A DNA stretch of 64,000 nt, from assembly GCF_024521635.1 (NCBI RefSeq), contig NW_026250414.1:248001-312000 (forward strand), written 5' to 3'. This document shows, in pieces, positions 1 to 12,071 of the stretch. The notes beneath the pieces were generated by a model that saw only the letters and a program-made list of their open reading frames with translations, was not told where the DNA came from and ran no database searches. Both the position numbers and the translations under genes were made by a program. The stretch's first letter is position 1. Each line of letters starts with the position of its first letter. The DNA is from Tricharina praecox. Taxonomy: Eukaryota.

Positions 1-216
1 ATGTCACGGCAAAGCTCTACGGAGGTGATCGGACTCGCCGCATGAAGCTGCTGGAAAAACAGAAGGAGGGACGGAAGAAGCTGCAGGGTATGTTATTTCT
101 TCTTCTTCTTCTAGAATGCGTGTGGATCTTCGTGGCGGACGGAATTCTAACGAGATCAAGCAATCGGACGGGTGACGATCGAGCAGAAGAGTTTCCAGGG
201 TTTCCTGCAGAAGTAG
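1..216 (+). CDS. GUF1: Mitochondrial translation factor GUF1 (LepA/EF-4), 3' end only; gene runs off the left edge
   Basis: Frame 3 reads [28 protein letters not shown], the LepA C-terminal signature. Removing intron 88-160 (GTATGT..CTAAC..AAG) gives [18 protein letters not shown], then stop TAG at 214-216. Confidence 0.93.
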
Positions 217-645
217 CCGTACCAGTAGCGTCGACGGGACACGATGGAGGCGCTGTAGCTAGAGTAGAGATGTTCAAAACTCCAATAGCTACAACTCACA
301 TAGAGCATCTAGCTCAAAGCTCGGATCGTGAAGTGAGTCGTGACTAGCCACGTATTTTTTATTTATTATTTTACCTATCGTTGTTGTCGTTGTCGTATGC
401 ACACTCTATCGTGTTCGCCTCCGCGCCCATCTCATTATCCGACGCTATGGGCCCGGATGTGACCATATTCAAACGTCGCCCCGCATGCAGTTTCCGCACT
501 CGCAATATATTACACAATCGATACTCTGGATATGCGACTGTACATGCGATAGATGCGATAAATGCGATAAACCACACATGCGACGAACCAGAAGCTCCGC
601 AGCCCGTCGCATCCACCTACGATATGTATGTATTCACTCTCGAAA

Positions 646-1680
646 TCACAGCTTCGCGAACGTCGCCTTCTTCTTCTGCATGGTAGCCTGGATGGCAATC
701 GCCGGATCTGGCGCTTGTATCGCCGCCGCGTTCCAGACCGCCGTGTAATCCAGTCCTATAGGCACCGGTACCGATCAGCCAACCCGCAACGACTCAATCC
801 CAACACTCCGTCGAGCAGCAGCAGCAGTGCACATACCTTCCTGCGTAGTATGATCGACCGAGTAATTAACCAGCGCCTTAGTGCCCTGTACGCCGAGGGG
901 CGACTTCTCCGCCATGAGGCGTGCAGTCTTGAGCGCCTCGGCGACCGCCTGCTCCTTTCCGGGGAGCGCCCTACTAACGAAGCCGACGCTGACGGCCTCC
1001 TCGGAGCCCCAGACGCGAGCCGTCAAGGCCACCTCGCGGACCCAGCTGCCGCACCCCACGACCTTCGGCAGGCGCGTCAGCGTGCCAATATCTGCGGCTA
1101 TTCCTATATCCACCTCCTTAACGCAGAATCTAGTGTCGGCAGCACACAGGCGCACGTCCGCGCAGCACGCTATGTCGATCGCGAGTCCGTACGCGATCCC
1201 GTGCAGCACTGCGATCACAGGCTTCTCGCATGCTGCCGCCGCGCCGATACAGTCCTGGAACTCGCGGATGTGCCGCCGCAGCGCGAACGCACGCCGCGCT
1301 GGGTCCATGCCCCCACCGCCCCCGCCCCCGCCCCCGCTGCTGTTGCTGCTGCTGCTGGTGGATGAGGTCAGCTCCGGCGCGGAGGTGATGTCTAGTCCGC
1401 TGCAGAATGCGCGGTCGCCCGCCCCGGATAACACGATCGCTCGCACGGAGGCGTCGACCGAGAGCGCGCGGAAGAGCTGCCCGTATTCGAGCCACATCCT
1501 GTGAGTGTCAGCGGGGTGAAGAGGGAGTGCGCGCGCGCGGCTAAGGACGGACTGGACGCACTCTTGGTGGAACGCATTGAGCTTCGCGGGCCGGTTGATC
1601 TCGACGTGCGCGACGTGCGCGGACGGCATGCTCACGTTGAAGTGCTTGTATGTTGCGTAGTCGGTCATGGTCGCGGTCAT
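646..1680 (-). CDS. ECH1: Delta(3,5)-delta(2,4)-dienoyl-CoA isomerase (crotonase family), peroxisomal
   Basis: Motifs NRPAKLNAF, AFCSGLDI and VKEVDIGIAADIGTLTRLPK (catalytic Glu/Asp pattern). Introns at 1499-1561 and 756-836. The last exon ends ...QKKKATFAKL*, a PTS1 signal. ATG at 1680 or 1668. Confidence 0.92.
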
Positions 1681-4600
1681 GGTCGCGGTGAGGTGATGTG
1701 AGGGTAATGGAATGGTAGATTTCTGGATATATTGCTGTATGTAGTTATGAGGTATGTGAGGTGAGATATGCGTGAAGTTTGAACTGTGACGGTTGATGTT
1801 GAGACCACGTCCGTCTCCAGAGGCCACAGCTATGTACCACTAGTAGTATACCTAGCATGAGAGCTCACCACCACCACCACTCGGCCTCGGCTCGGCAGGG
1901 CTTCATGTGACACAGCCGTCGGGCCAGCAGCCTACCTACTACCGGTATACATGTGTACCCACTCCACGAAGCACATGTTCAGTCCAGTCCAGTCGACATT
2001 CCCCATTCCCTCTTCAGCCCCAATGCCTCAGTGCCTCAGTGCCTCACACGTACACCTATTACCACTATCATTACCACTATCCACTATCCACTGCACAAAT
2101 ACATTGTGGCGTATCCCAGCCCCCCAGCGCCGAGCCCCAGTCCCCAAGCAGCCGATTGCGGGGAAAAAGCGGGTATATATCAATGTATAGTGGTAGTACA
2201 CAGATTACAGCCAAAACTCGGCAGTGAGTCGTGACCACCGACAGACAGGCAGGCTGCGCGCTTACTCTACATGAGCACTCAACACCCTGGGGCACGTAGA
2301 GTAAGTGCCCAGGTTTGTATGTGTATGTGTGTATGTATGTGTGTATGTATGTAGCAGATAGAGTACCCAGAGTGAAGTCCCCGCTTCTCGAGTTCCCAAC
2401 AAACGGTATGTGAAGCTGGGACCTGGCACGACGACGACGACGGCGTTTGTATCCCTGAACGAACGAGCGAACGAACGGAGGATGGATGGGTGGATGGATG
2501 GATCGGCAGGTTCATGTATGTAGCGGCCGACTGACTTCCTGCCCGGCGTTCAACCAACGGCTGTGTCGGAAGCGTGCCGGTTGGTTGGTTGGTCGTTTGG
2601 GTGGGTGGGTGAGATATGTATGTTTTATGTAGGTATCGTACGTAGTAACGTAGTCTACCTGGTTCAGATCTCGGATAGCTACCTACAGTAGGTACAGTAG
2701 GTACGGTGAGACCGTGATAGTGCTGCCGTGGTGCGCGAGAAAGTATGTTTGTATGTATGTAGATGTATGTGTGTAAGATGTATGCGTGTAAGCTGTATGT
2801 GTGTATACCGTCTGTGTTTTTATCTGTATCTATCTGTATCTCCGTCAGTCTTGGTAGGTAGTCTAGGTATCCGCACGATATCACCAATTCACCATATCAC
2901 CGCGCATGCCACCCGCAAAAAACCCATGGAAAAAGCAAAGAAATACAGAAGAAAAAAGATTGAAACTCTTCACGCAAGGGGAATGCATGACCACGGATTG
3001 CATATGCCACACATATGCCACCGCCGTAACGGCGTTTCATTGCTTTTGCCTTTGCCTTTGCTTTTGCGCCGTGAGGGGGATGTCTCACCGTCCCCGCCGT
3101 CCCCACGTCGTCCCACGTCCACAGCGTAGCATCGCCCATCGCCATCGCCATACCATATATAGTATAGATGTTAGCAACGTCGGATATAGCTTTTGAGTTT
3201 TTGAGTTTTTTGAGTTTTTCTTTGCAGATGTCAGAGAGGGGATGGCGTGTTGACGTGTTGGCGTGTTGACGTGGGGCGGGGAGGAGGGGGAGGCGGGGCA
3301 GAGTGGGCGGGGGGGAGGAGGGGGGGAGGAGGGGGGTAGTGGGGGGGAAGTACTTACATCGACGTCTTTTGTCATCACGGGCCCGGCCTAGCTGTGGACG
3401 TCCGTCCGGACTCCGTTGTCGACGACATGGTACCTTTGACGCAGCTCGCAGCTCGGCGGGCTGGAATGCGGAATAGTACCTCTGTACCTCTGTACCTACC
3501 TACCTGCCTACCTACCTACCTGCCTACCTACCTACCGGCGCAACTGGTTCCTGCATCTGCTGGCGGTGGATGTTTGGATATGATGTAGGTACCTGTGCGT
3601 TTAACTCTCCCCAGCCTCCTAGCCCCCCCATGCGGGAGATGGTCTGGTTTGGTTTGGGTTTCTCCGCCGTAAGCGCGGGCTGGCGGGATGAGTTGCCGGT
3701 ACCGCAGCATAGATCAGGCTGGCTGCCGGGGAGAGTTTCATGAGCACTCGGCCCCAAGGCCCAAGGCTTTAGGTCCAAGGCTCAAGCTCTCAAGCCACGC
3801 ACATACATTGCACATTGCACAAGCCTGCTTTCCTAACCTTCCTAGCTCGTGAAGATCCGACGATCTTCAGGCTTCGGACGGAGGCGTTAACTGCCTATTG
3901 GTATGTGCTAGCAGCACTCCACTCCGAGGCATGAACATATGTATGTAGAGTTCGATACCCGAGGGCCGGCCGGATGGCCACACCGCACATACCCAAGCTA
4001 CATAGGTCGGTAGGTCGGTATGCATCGGAAGCATGGAGCTCGAAGTTGGGTTGGATGACGAAGCCGAGGGAGTTGGTTGTAGACTGTGGTTGTGTACTCT
4101 ACATAGGTGTGACGAGGGCCAAGTTCATGTCATGTCATGTCAGGGCGGGGCGAGGCGGGGCCGAGTATCCGCCGGCCTCTACCGTGTGTACCGTATGTAT
4201 GTACGACACGCAGATAGATACGCAGCCAGCCTCCTGGGATGGGATGGGATACATATCGCGGTTGCGGGGGGGTTACATCGTTACATCTCTCCTCACCTCG
4301 CCTCGCCTCTTCGGCATCGATCGGTGCGCGGCGTTCCTGACCGCCGAGTGGTTTACCTCATATCTCGATATCATCCATCCACACACACACACGACAGACA
4401 TAGAGTAGACGGCGGGAGTCCCTGAAACACCGCAGCGCGCAGCGGCGGCCGACAGCTGTCCTGCCCGGCGTCCATTCATTTTCCTGCTTGCTGCTGCTTG
4501 TACCTTCACATTGCTTTGCTTAGACGCCTCAGCCACTCCCACTCCCACTCCCAGTCCCAGTCTCCCAGCAGACGGACCCGCCTCTACTCTGCCTAGTATG

Positions 4601-4870
4601 TAAATGCCTCACTACAACAGGGGTCGTCACCTAACTTACTTCAACTTACCTCACTTACCTCACTCATACTAGTTAGCAGTTGCCGGCCCTGTCTTGCCTG
4701 CTTGCCTGCCTGCGTCGGCGATTTGTATTTCCCGCCGTTTTCTTTCGTTTCGAAAACGTAAAACGGACTGGGGTCTGACGAGGGGAGGGGAGATAGTTTT
4801 TCTTTTTCTTTTTCTGTTCTTTTTCGGTTTCTTTTCTTAACTGTACTGTCGAAACGGAAATGGAAATGAA

Positions 4871-4940
4871 TTGGATTGGATTGGATTGGATTGGATTGGA
4901 TTGGATTGGATTGGATTGGATTGGATTGGATTGGATTGGA
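4871..4940. repeat. (TTGGA)14 pentanucleotide microsatellite
   Basis: Perfect tandem TTGGA units read directly. Confidence 0.97.
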
Positions 4941-7900
4941 TTGAAGATGAGATGAGATGTCCGTAAATTATGTTGCGAATGGAGTAGTATCTAGGGCATG
5001 AGGAGGGGGAGGTAGGTACGCATCTGTCGGTCGGTTGGTCGTGGCAAAGCCCTTCCTTCCCTTCCCTTCCCTTCCCTTCCTTCCATCCATCCTTCTTCCT
5101 TCTTCCCCGCCAAGAGCAGAAAATTCGGGTGGTATGTACCGTATACATAGCAGGCGGGTTAGTAAGTACAGTAAGTACAGTTACTGACTGGCCTAGTGCG
5201 GACCGCGCAGTTCCCCCGCCGTGGATTGGATGCGGTGGCGGTTGCGGACGGAGGATATCGTGAATAATCCGTCCCCAGGCGGGTATACGACTGTCTACAG
5301 CTTCACGTTGACGTCTCTTCTCCTTTCCACTTCCCCCTTTCCTGTGCCTCCTCAGGCTCCTCATTCTCCCGCCACGCGGAAAGGAAGTTCCAGATATCGC
5401 GTAGAGTACATACAAGCAGCATCGTGGATTACGTTACGTTGCGCACTTACCTACCCTCTCTCTCTCTATTTCTCGTAGGGAGGGGAGCTCCAGCCCAGTC
5501 GCGTGGTGTCCGTCCGTCGTCTTATCGGCCTGTTCTATCGGTCTGTTCTGTTCCGCGTGGAGCGTGGAGCGTGGAGTGGAAGACGTCCGTCCGTTGCTTT
5601 GGGAAGGATGCCGATAAGCAGCCCCCCCCTCCCCTACTCTATCGAGGGTAGGTACGGTTGCTATCTTGGATATCTAGAGTAGGTACCTAGAGTAGTGGGT
5701 AGTGGGCGCCCTGCATAGTAGCGTGATGGTGGTGGTGGTGGTGGTGGGGAGCGAAAAGAAAGAATGGAATTCGAATTCGAATTTACGACTTCATGTCTAC
5801 ATACGACATTACATCCGAGAGAACGGCTGGCTGGAAAAAACACGACACATCTTGCAGCTATTGTTTCTTCCGCGTTTGTTCTCACGGACGGCGATGTGCA
5901 GCCGCAGCAGCAGCACGAACAGAGGGAGGGAGGGCTGAGGAGGGTGAGGAGAATTTTCATCTCATCTCATCTCGTCTCGTCTCTTCTCGTCTCGTCTCTT
6001 CTCGTCTTGTCTCGTCGTTGAGCGTCTGAAATCTTGAAGGAAGGAAGGAAGGCAAACAAAAGCAAAAGAAGAAAGAAAACTTTCTGCTTTCTGTGTCTAA
6101 AGATACCCTACCGGTACCGGTACCGGCGGCGACAAACATCCATCGGTGTCCATCTATCCACGGCGACTTCGAATTTCTTCGGCTTCTAAAGATGATGATG
6201 ATGATGATGATGCTTCTTTTAGATAGCCAGAGAACGGCGGCCGGCTATGTACCCAGTACCTACTACCTACTACCTAGTGGCACATCTGCTATGTATGGCG
6301 TATGTACATTCTCGATAGCGGTACATAGGACTTCAACCAGCCAGAAAAAAGCAAATCCATATCCATATCACATTCGACCGAACGACGATTCGGAGATAGC
6401 CATTATTATATTCGGTCAGTAGAGTACTTGGGTACACTAGAGTATCTAGAGTATCTACAGCAGGCTCTCTCTCGGTAGGTGTACCGTGTATGTAGGCAGG
6501 CAGCTGGTCGTAGGTACTCTCGACTGTGGGCATGTACCTTCTCCACTATCCAGATCTACGGTAGACCGATCTGTCACTCTAAACTCTGGCGATAGAGATA
6601 TATAGAGATGGAGATGGAGAGAGTGTGTAGATATCATCATACATATGGCACGTACGGTACGGCGGGGTGCGCGCGTGCTTGCAGTTAGGTATGCTACATA
6701 CAGGCGGGAACGAACAAACGTAGTATGTAGACGTCCCACGTCTAGGTATCTATGATGTATGTAATCCACCCCACGGCTTCCGTGAAACTTTACTCCGTTT
6801 CCCTTGGGTTAGGCACATACCAGACTCTACTTAGCCCGGCTGCCCCTCCCCCCTCCCTCCCCCAATGCCGACCGCAAATCCCGCAGAAGAGACATACATC
6901 ATACATACTTCGAGATTTGTATCATACTTCCCGGGGCTCAGGGTTTCGGGCTGGGCTGGGAGGGAGGGGGAGGGGGAGGGAGGGGGGGAGGGGGGAGGTA
7001 CCAAAGCTTGACACTACACTGTCACAGCTGATCCGGAAAGTACCAGGTAACTACGGACCTACGGTACAGCTCCATAGATACATACGTGAGCCAAGGGTGT
7101 TTGCTTGCGTCCAAGGCAAATGCTTCAGACGAAGTGAATGGAAAGCCGACAAGTCATTACCCGTCAACAGCGCTCGGAAGGGTGGAGGGGAGGGGAGCCT
7201 GTGGTCGATTCTGACGAAAGATTTCGATCGTGAGGCCTGCGACCGACTCGCAAAGATATCAACAAGCAGGACCACCGGGCATGACAGACAGACAGACAAG
7301 GCAGGCAGGCGGGCGGGCAGGCCAGAGCTTCCTCTGCTTGCTCCTGCAGGTGTGAGGGGAGAGCTCGAGTACGGTACTCTACCTCTACCTCTACCTAGAG
7401 CTCTCTCCACTCCCGCCGTAAGAAAAGCAACCGCGGGGTGGGACTGGACGGAGCAGGCAGGATTCGAAGCTCTCTGTCTGTCTCGGGGATTCGAGCACAA
7501 AAAAAAGAAGAAAAAGAAATATTGCGGAAACGGAAAAATTGTGGGAGAAAAGAAAAAGAAAAAAATGGATGGGGGAAAAAGAAAAGAAAAAAGCGAGGAA
7601 AAATATGGCTTGGCCCTACTTTGGCGGTGGCGGGTTCCCTCACGCTTGCAGCGCTTTTTTGGATGACGCTGGGTTCTTGGTTTGACTTGCCTCGATACGG
7701 CTTCATCCCACTTAGCCCACAACATCCCTCCTTCCATCACACCCACACACCCACAGCCCACTACTCACACCCCCCCGGTGTGCATTATCGCTTGGACTCT
7801 ACGAACCCTTTAAAAGATCCAGTGATCCTCTGCACTTCTTCTACTCTCTCCTCATCACACTACCCCACTCAACCCCCATCACCCCCGATACCAATCCCAC

Positions 7901-7978
7901 TCACCTTCAAAAGCATCCCTCTCGGCTCCCTTCTTCTTTGCCTTTTTTCCCTTTACATAACTCCCAGAAAAGATCATC

Positions 7979-9293
7979 ATGGTTAGTACTCTCCCTTCCG
8001 CCCACCGAGCCCGCTCGGCCGAACTTGGCCCGAAACGTTGCTCATCGAGCCGCCACCACGTCCTTGTTCGCGAATACTGATGTTTTTGTTCCTACCAGGC
8101 CGGCTCCACTGTTGTCTCCAACACTGCGGCGTTGTCGAAGTACTTGGACCTGCCCCAGCACGGTGCTGTCCAGGCCGAATACATCTGGATCGATGGATCC
8201 AACGGACTCCGGAGTAAAACCAAGGTATGTCACTCGCTTCACTGCTTTGGGTGTGCTGTGGCGTCGTGTTCGCCATCGTGAACACGACCAGCGGCACTGC
8301 ACTAGTGGTTTCCTGATCGCGAATTGGACCCCCTGACAAGAATCATAGACCCTCAACAAGAAGCCCGCTTCGATCGACGAGCTCCCCGAGTGGAACTTCG
8401 ACGGCTCCTCGACCGCCCAGGCTCCCGGTGAGGACTCCGACGTCTACCTCCGCCCCGTCGCCATCTTCCCTGATCCTTTCCGCCGTGGCGACAACATCCT
8501 CGTCCTCTCCGAGTGCTGGAACGCCGATGGCACCCCCAACAAGTTCAACTACCGCCACGAGTGCTCCAAGCTCATGGAGGCCCACAAGGACCTGATTCCC
8601 TGGTTCGGTCTCGAGCAGGAGTACACTCTGTTCGATGAGTTTGGTGCTCCCTACGGATGGCCCAAGGGTGGTTTCCCCGGCCCCCAGGGTCCCTACTACT
8701 GTGGTGTCGGAACTGGCAAGGTTTACTGCCGTGATATCGTCGAGGCTCACTACCGCGCCTGCATGTACGCCGGCGTGACCATCTCCGGAATTAACGCTGA
8801 GGTCCTTCCTTCCCAGTGGGAGTTCCAGGTCGGCCCTTGTGTCGGTATCGACATGGGTGACCATCTCTGGATCGCTCGCTACCTCCTCCACAGAGTAGCC
8901 GAGGACTTCGGTGTCAAGATCTCCTTCCACCCCAAGCCCATCCCCGGTGACTGGAACGGTTCCGGACTCCACACCAACTTCTCGACCGAGGCCATGCGCA
9001 CGGACGGTGGTATGAAGGTGATCCACGACGCTATCGCCAAGCTCGAGAAGCGCCACAAGGAGCACATCGCCGTCTACGGAGACGACAACGCTCTCCGTCT
9101 GACCGGAAAGCACGAGACCGGAAACATCGAGGCCTTCTCCTTCGGTGTTGCGGACCGTGGTTCCTCGATCAGAATCCCCCGGTCGTGCGCCAAGGAGGGT
9201 TACGGATACTTCGAGGACCGCCGACCCGCCTCCAACGCCTGCCCGTATCAGATCACCGCCATCATGGTTGAGACTTGCTGCGGTGCTATCTAA
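7979..9293 (+). CDS. GLN1: Glutamine synthetase (GSII), about 357 aa
   Basis: Exons 7979-7981 (ATG only), 8099-8224 and 8349-9293. Motifs [44 protein letters not shown] and [10 protein letters not shown]. Confidence 0.98.
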
Positions 9294-10204
9294 TCGGTTT
9301 CTGTTACTATCAGCTCGGGGTTCATGTTTTTTTTTTCTTTCTGTCCTTTTTAAATTTCCATTCTGTTTTTTTTCTTCACTTTTTTCCTTTTGGGTCTGCT
9401 TTGCTATGGGATGGGTACAAGAAAGATGAGGGGAAGTGCGTGTTGTAAGTCCTTGAGATTCGTTGCAAGGCACAGGTGTATTCGGGGTTGGATTGGGAAT
9501 TGGGAATTGGCGCAGTGTGGGGTTAGATCTCGTTTCGGGTTCTAGGCCAGTTGTGCAACTGCTTGTGTTTTAGATAGAATTCAGAGATATCTATGGGGAT
9601 ATCTTTTTTCCACATTTGACCCTTCCTTCCTTCGAGAACAAGCTTCGGTGCAGAAAGGGAAGCAAAAGCAAAAAGAAGGCACTTTTTTTTCTTCGCGCAT
9701 CTCAGGGCGAGTGAAATGGTTGGTTGACTGGTGCACCGTTTACGGGGAAGGGAGCGAAAGGAGGGGGAGTTCCGTGATGCCCCGAAGGCTACACTTGGTT
9801 GGTTCAAACTTCATGGTTCCTGCCGACCTTGCATACGCGGGGTAGTTCGATATGCAGATAGAATCGGATAGATACTACCGGTGCTAGATACTGCTAGACA
9901 CACTCTACCTGCTCTAAATACCGGTAGATGACGGTAGATGACGGGCGGGGAGGGGAGTGCGGTGTACGGTGTCCACCAATCACGAGGGGTCGATTGCGAG
10001 GGGCTGATTGCGAGCTGTCAGTGTTCGTATGTAGGTAAGTTCTTGTAAGGGTTGGGAAAGGCAGGAGGTCGAGTGTGAGGGGGGCACTGGGACGAGGTGG
10101 GGTGAGGTAGTCACATAGCCTGTACCGGTATGTAGATACCGGTATGGTTTGACGCGGCAAGAACAGCCTGGACAGGACAGCGCCGCAGCAGAGAAGAGCA
10201 GGGT

Positions 10205-10283
10205 AGAGCAGAGTACCGGTAGAGCAGAGCAGAGCAGAGTACCGGTAGAGCAGAGCAGAGCAGAGTACCGGTAGAGCAGAGCA
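10205..10283. repeat. 26-bp minisatellite x3, built from (AGAGC)n plus TACCGGTA
   Basis: TACCGGTA at 10214, 10240 and 10266, separated by AGAGC pentamers. Confidence 0.9.
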
Positions 10284-11757
10284 CGGCGGGGGCGCCGATG
10301 CCGACGTTTGCCTTTGCCTTTGCCTTCTGCCTTTGCCTTTGAAGTTTGAAGTTTGCCGAGTGGGTAAGAGAGAGGGGGTCGGGAGAGGGTTCGAGAGAGG
10401 ATGGGGATGGTGCATGCGAACGTGTAACGTGACGAGCTGGGGGGGGGGGGGGGGGGGCGAGTGATAGTATCCCATAGTATTGCACATGCCACACATTGCC
10501 ACACAATGCACTTGCTTGCTTGCTCAGCCTTGGTGAATGCTGAGTGCTGAGTGAGTGAGTGCTCCGCCTCCCTAGGCACTGGGCAGTTGGTGGCAGTGGG
10601 TGCATATCTTACGGCGGCGGTGGCGACTCGCGAGGGCTGGAATGGGAGTGCCTACGGTACTGCCCACTGCCCGTTGCCTACTGCGACGCGGATCTCGGGT
10701 CTCGGATTCTCGGATGTTACCTGGATATCGGATGCTACATACCTGGGTACCGTATCGGATGCTACAATGCTTCATACCTGGATACCGGTACCGGTACTCA
10801 ACTCTACGAGTCTATCTAGGTGTGAGACCTTCCTCTCGGCTCTCGAGGTGGACACCCGAGGTCGACTTCCGAGGTTGGCGGATCTGTGATTCCGTGAGGC
10901 AATAATTTCTTAGGGCTGTGGAGCCGGTGGTAACGATGGTAGTGATGTGCTATGGAGCCCGTCGAGCCTGTGGTGGGTGGGTGGGTGGGTAACAGTGACG
11001 GGTGGCGGGTTGGTTACCGGTGAGTTACCAGTTTACTGCTTCTGGTATTACTGGGTGAACGGTGCTGAATCAAAGAGTGGCCCTACTGGGAGGGAGGAAT
11101 TGTGGCTCCACATCCTCTCAGGGAAAAGGCGAGTGATATATACGTGTACACGCACCAGCAACCTGCGGACCACAGTTCGGAATACATATTACATATTATT
11201 CTTGACGCATTAACGCTGATATTGGGCTTTCTACTATCTAGTCTACCGCACGCTTCAATGTATCTACCGCAGCCTGCTTGGAAACGAAATGCAATGTGAG
11301 GGGGGAATTTCACGATGTGGTACCGTAGGAAGTTGCTGAGATGTAGAATTCAAGTATCCCCCCATTGACCATCCGCCACCAAAGCAAAAGATATCTTGAC
11401 AAGAACTCCAGCCAAACCCAAAACCCCCCAAAATGCGTCCTCCAAATACACTCCAATGTTCCGCTCATAAGCAACACCAATAGATGAAGTATGAAGTATG
11501 CCAAAAAAAAACCCCCGACAACACCAACGCAAATGATATTAAACACTTCATACATAGTATGGAGTGTGCCGAACAAACAGACAACGCCGACGAAAATGGT
11601 ATCAAACGATCGTGTTCCTCGCAAGAGGAACACCGATCCAAAAAAGAAAAAACGGAACGGCCGAAACGAGTGGTATCAAATCCACTCGTACTCGCCAACC
11701 CAACGCCCCACCCCTCCCCCCATCTCCAGGCAAACAACCTCCCAAAAAAAACCCCGG

Positions 11758-12025
11758 GACCTGCCTATAATCCAGCGCGCATGATGTCAGTGAAAGTCCA
11801 AATACACACTGAAACAACGATCAAACAAGAAGAAATCAAACTCACCACCGCAGTCCTCGGATCTCCAGCCAACACAACTCCCAACGACGGCCCCAGCGAG
11901 AAGAACCGAACCGGAAAGACCTGCCTATAATCCAGCGCGCATGGTGTCAGTGAAAGGTCCAAATACATACTGCGACAACGATCAAACAGGAAGAAATCAA
12001 ACTCACCAACGCACAGTCCTCCGTA
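11758..12025. repeat. Two diverged ~105-bp direct repeats, 160 bp apart
   Basis: GACCTGCCTATAATCCAGCGCGCATG...CAACGATCAAACA.GAAGAAATCAAACTCACCA begins at both 11758 and 11918, with a few substitutions and indels. Confidence 0.92.
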
Positions 12026-12071
12026 TCCGTCTCTCTCGCCGGGTGGGGTCGAGGTTGAATGCTATGTCCCC

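Noticed and set aside
3945..3965. GTTCGATACCC tRNA T-loop/B-box-like sequence (also near 27355 and 48512)
   Set aside because: No T-stem pairing or cloverleaf.
6752..7986. ORFs of 180-300 aa upstream of GLN1, and 22616-23533 upstream of CHS
   Set aside because: Low-complexity translations of microsatellite and poly-purine tracts.
9276..9293. GS C-terminus CGAI as a CaaX prenylation motif
   Set aside because: It corresponds to the ordinary GSII C-terminal segment; nothing else supports prenylation.
10205..10283. Regularly spaced palindromic repeats resembling a CRISPR array
   Set aside because: The 'spacers' are identical AGAGC runs, the context is eukaryotic and there are no cas genes.
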